Source: the human T2T-CHM13v2.0 reference genome, Homo sapiens | DNA: 64,000 bases | Reading direction: 5' to 3' (one strand) | NCBI RefSeq assembly: GCF_009914755.1 | Contig: NC_060933.1 | Shown: positions 61,071-64,000 of the stretch, piece after piece | How the letters are laid out: each line of letters begins with the position of its first letter | How positions within the stretch are numbered: the first letter of the stretch is position 1 | Position numbers and translations under genes: made by a program | The notes under the pieces: generated by a model | The model's database searches: none | Told to the model about the DNA's origin: nothing | The model's input: the letters and a program-made list of their open reading frames with translations, nothing else

Positions 61071-61492
61071 TCACGAAAACCTTCAACTCGTAAGGAATGA
61101 AATTCATAATCCACAGAATAAAATATTTTTAGAGTTTCAAGAAACACTAGACAGAACTTCACTTTATAAAGGAGGGAATGAAGTTCCTAGTTTAGATATA
61201 TTTCTACCATATCACGAAGCCACATGTTTATTACTGTATGAGGCCTGGGACCAAGTCTTGTACTTCTTTTGTGTTCCTAACCCAGCCCGGTGTTTACACG
61301 GCAGGTATTTATACCTAAGTGTTAACTGGCTGAGAAAAGAAACTAAACAAACAAAAAAACCTCTTTATGAAGAGACAGTTATTTCCATTCTGTGCATAGA
61401 GTAGATGTATGTTTTTGCAGAAAATATGCCACTCCTTCATGCACAGAACCTAGTAGGTTTAAAGAAATATCAATGTCTAAGGCTTTGATAAC

Positions 61493-61654
61493 CTCCACAT
61501 GCAGAAATGTTCACGGCTCCTCTTTTCACAGTTGAGGTGTTTTCTGGACACGAGAGGCAGCTCCGGGAACCAAATTTTGGCTGATAAGTGCCCAGTGGAC
61601 ACGATTCACAAGTCTCAAGTCCACTGTATGAGTAGGTGCCTTGTTTACACTGAG
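61493..61654 (-). CDS. SVEP1: SVEP1 exon ~18, 162 bp, ephrin-receptor-like Cys repeat ([11 protein letters not shown]...ISACG)
   Basis: Acceptor tttcag|CTCA, weak donor GAG|gttatc; phase 1 to 1. Confidence 0.9.
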
Positions 61655-62104
61655 CTGAAAAGAAAAAGGTAATATTACTATCAATAATGATATTAAGCTG
61701 CATAAAATTAGTACTGTGCGGGATAGGGTTTTCTGCATTTTAGTTTAGGACAGAAGGACAGAATGAGGGACCCAGAGAGCTCTTTCTCCTGTTAGCTAAG
61801 CATACGCATATTGTGGCACCACCATGCTTCTCTATACTAAGTTTTAGACTGTTTCCATTTACTTCCATTATGACCTTTTACAGTGTTTGACGCATAGAAC
61901 ACGTTCAATAAATAGTTGTCGAATGAAGTTAGAAATACATAGCACAGAAGGACACTATGATAGGAACAAGTTGTACACTGGGAATTTGTTCATGTAGAAG
62001 TTCTCAATACGTACACTGTTATCCTGCGTGGCAGAAACAAAACCCCAAACCTAGCTAGAGCCTTATAAACTACTCTGAAATCTCTGCTTTAAAAAAGAAC
62101 TGGC

Positions 62105-62450
<346 letters not shown>

Positions 62451-63061
62451 CTACCTCCTCCTACCTAGACACGCCATTTCATCCAAGGACCAGTGGGGAG
62501 TAGAACATAAAAGCAGACATACCTTCATGCCCAGAGAGGTGAAGCAACTTGCTATAATTCATAAGGATGATTTGTAGAAGAACAGGACTTTGGCCAGATG
62601 CCCTGACTCCCAGAGTACTGGCCTTTCTTTCTGCTTTTGACCTCCAAACAACTCTCCTTTTCACCATTGCTAACATGTTTAGCGCATTTCCAATTACGTA
62701 GCACTGCTCTAGAGTTTATATCAGTCATTAAACACCCACACCTGCATGCAGAACTATGGCAAAGAAGCACACTTTTGAAATTCCTTATTTTAGGCATGTC
62801 TTGCTGGTAGCCTTAATTATGAGAGAAAACGTTTCCATCAGGAACTCTTACTGAGAATAATAGTGAAAATATTTTGAAAATATTGAATATTTTAGCAGCA
62901 AGAATATGTGCACATGTGCCTGTAGTTATTCATTTCCAAGTAAACTGAGAACTGATCTCATCACATCAGACACTATTCTAACAAAAAGCAATCCAATAAC
63001 TGCAAAGTGTCATGAGACTTCTTTCCATTAATTGATGTGAGATTCAAGAACAGAATCCAGC

Positions 63062-63801
<740 letters not shown>

Positions 63802-64000
63802 CCAGGCTAACTGATGAATGTGGATTGGAGTTTGACTTAGAGACAGCAATGGAATATTTCCAAAAGGAAAGCTAAATGGACTTCTTTAAAGTGGGGGAAA
63901 CAGGTAATATTTTATGTTTAAAAGAAAGAAAAAATAAATAAAATTGCTTTCTGTATACTATTGTTTCATTTTATTTGCCATTTAGATTTCAGGACTGTGA

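Overview
Human genomic DNA. The window is the middle of SVEP1 (polydom), transcribed on the minus strand. I can trace 22 coding exons with consistent splice phases. Exon numbers 18-39 are inferred by counting back from the 2792-bp exon, taken as exon 38 from memory. They encode ephrin-receptor-like Cys repeats, a linker, EGF/cbEGF repeats, the pentraxin domain and a long CCP/sushi array. Introns hold a full-length L1Hs Ta-0 antisense to the gene (ORF1 frameshift, ORF2 nonsense codon, intact 5'UTR and ORF0), a 5'-truncated L1PA2-like element, a twin-primed older L1, an AluYa5, about 14 older Alus, MaLR LTRs, MER20/MER5, MIR/L2 remnants and a 9x57-bp VNTR. The best candidate for something undescribed is an inference: the L1Hs antisense promoter points into the downstream SVEP1 exons, and the second ORF0 splice donor (phase 2) matches the next SVEP1 acceptor (phase 2). 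This predicts an in-frame ORF0-SVEP1 C-terminal fusion without the SVEP1 signal peptide, possibly alongside premature polyadenylation of the 5' half ('gene breaking'). Also notable: a duplicated exon-37 donor site, a GC-AG intron, inverted Alus around one exon, an orphan A55 tract and a ZNF143-like intronic motif. There are no prokaryotic features and no CRISPR array.
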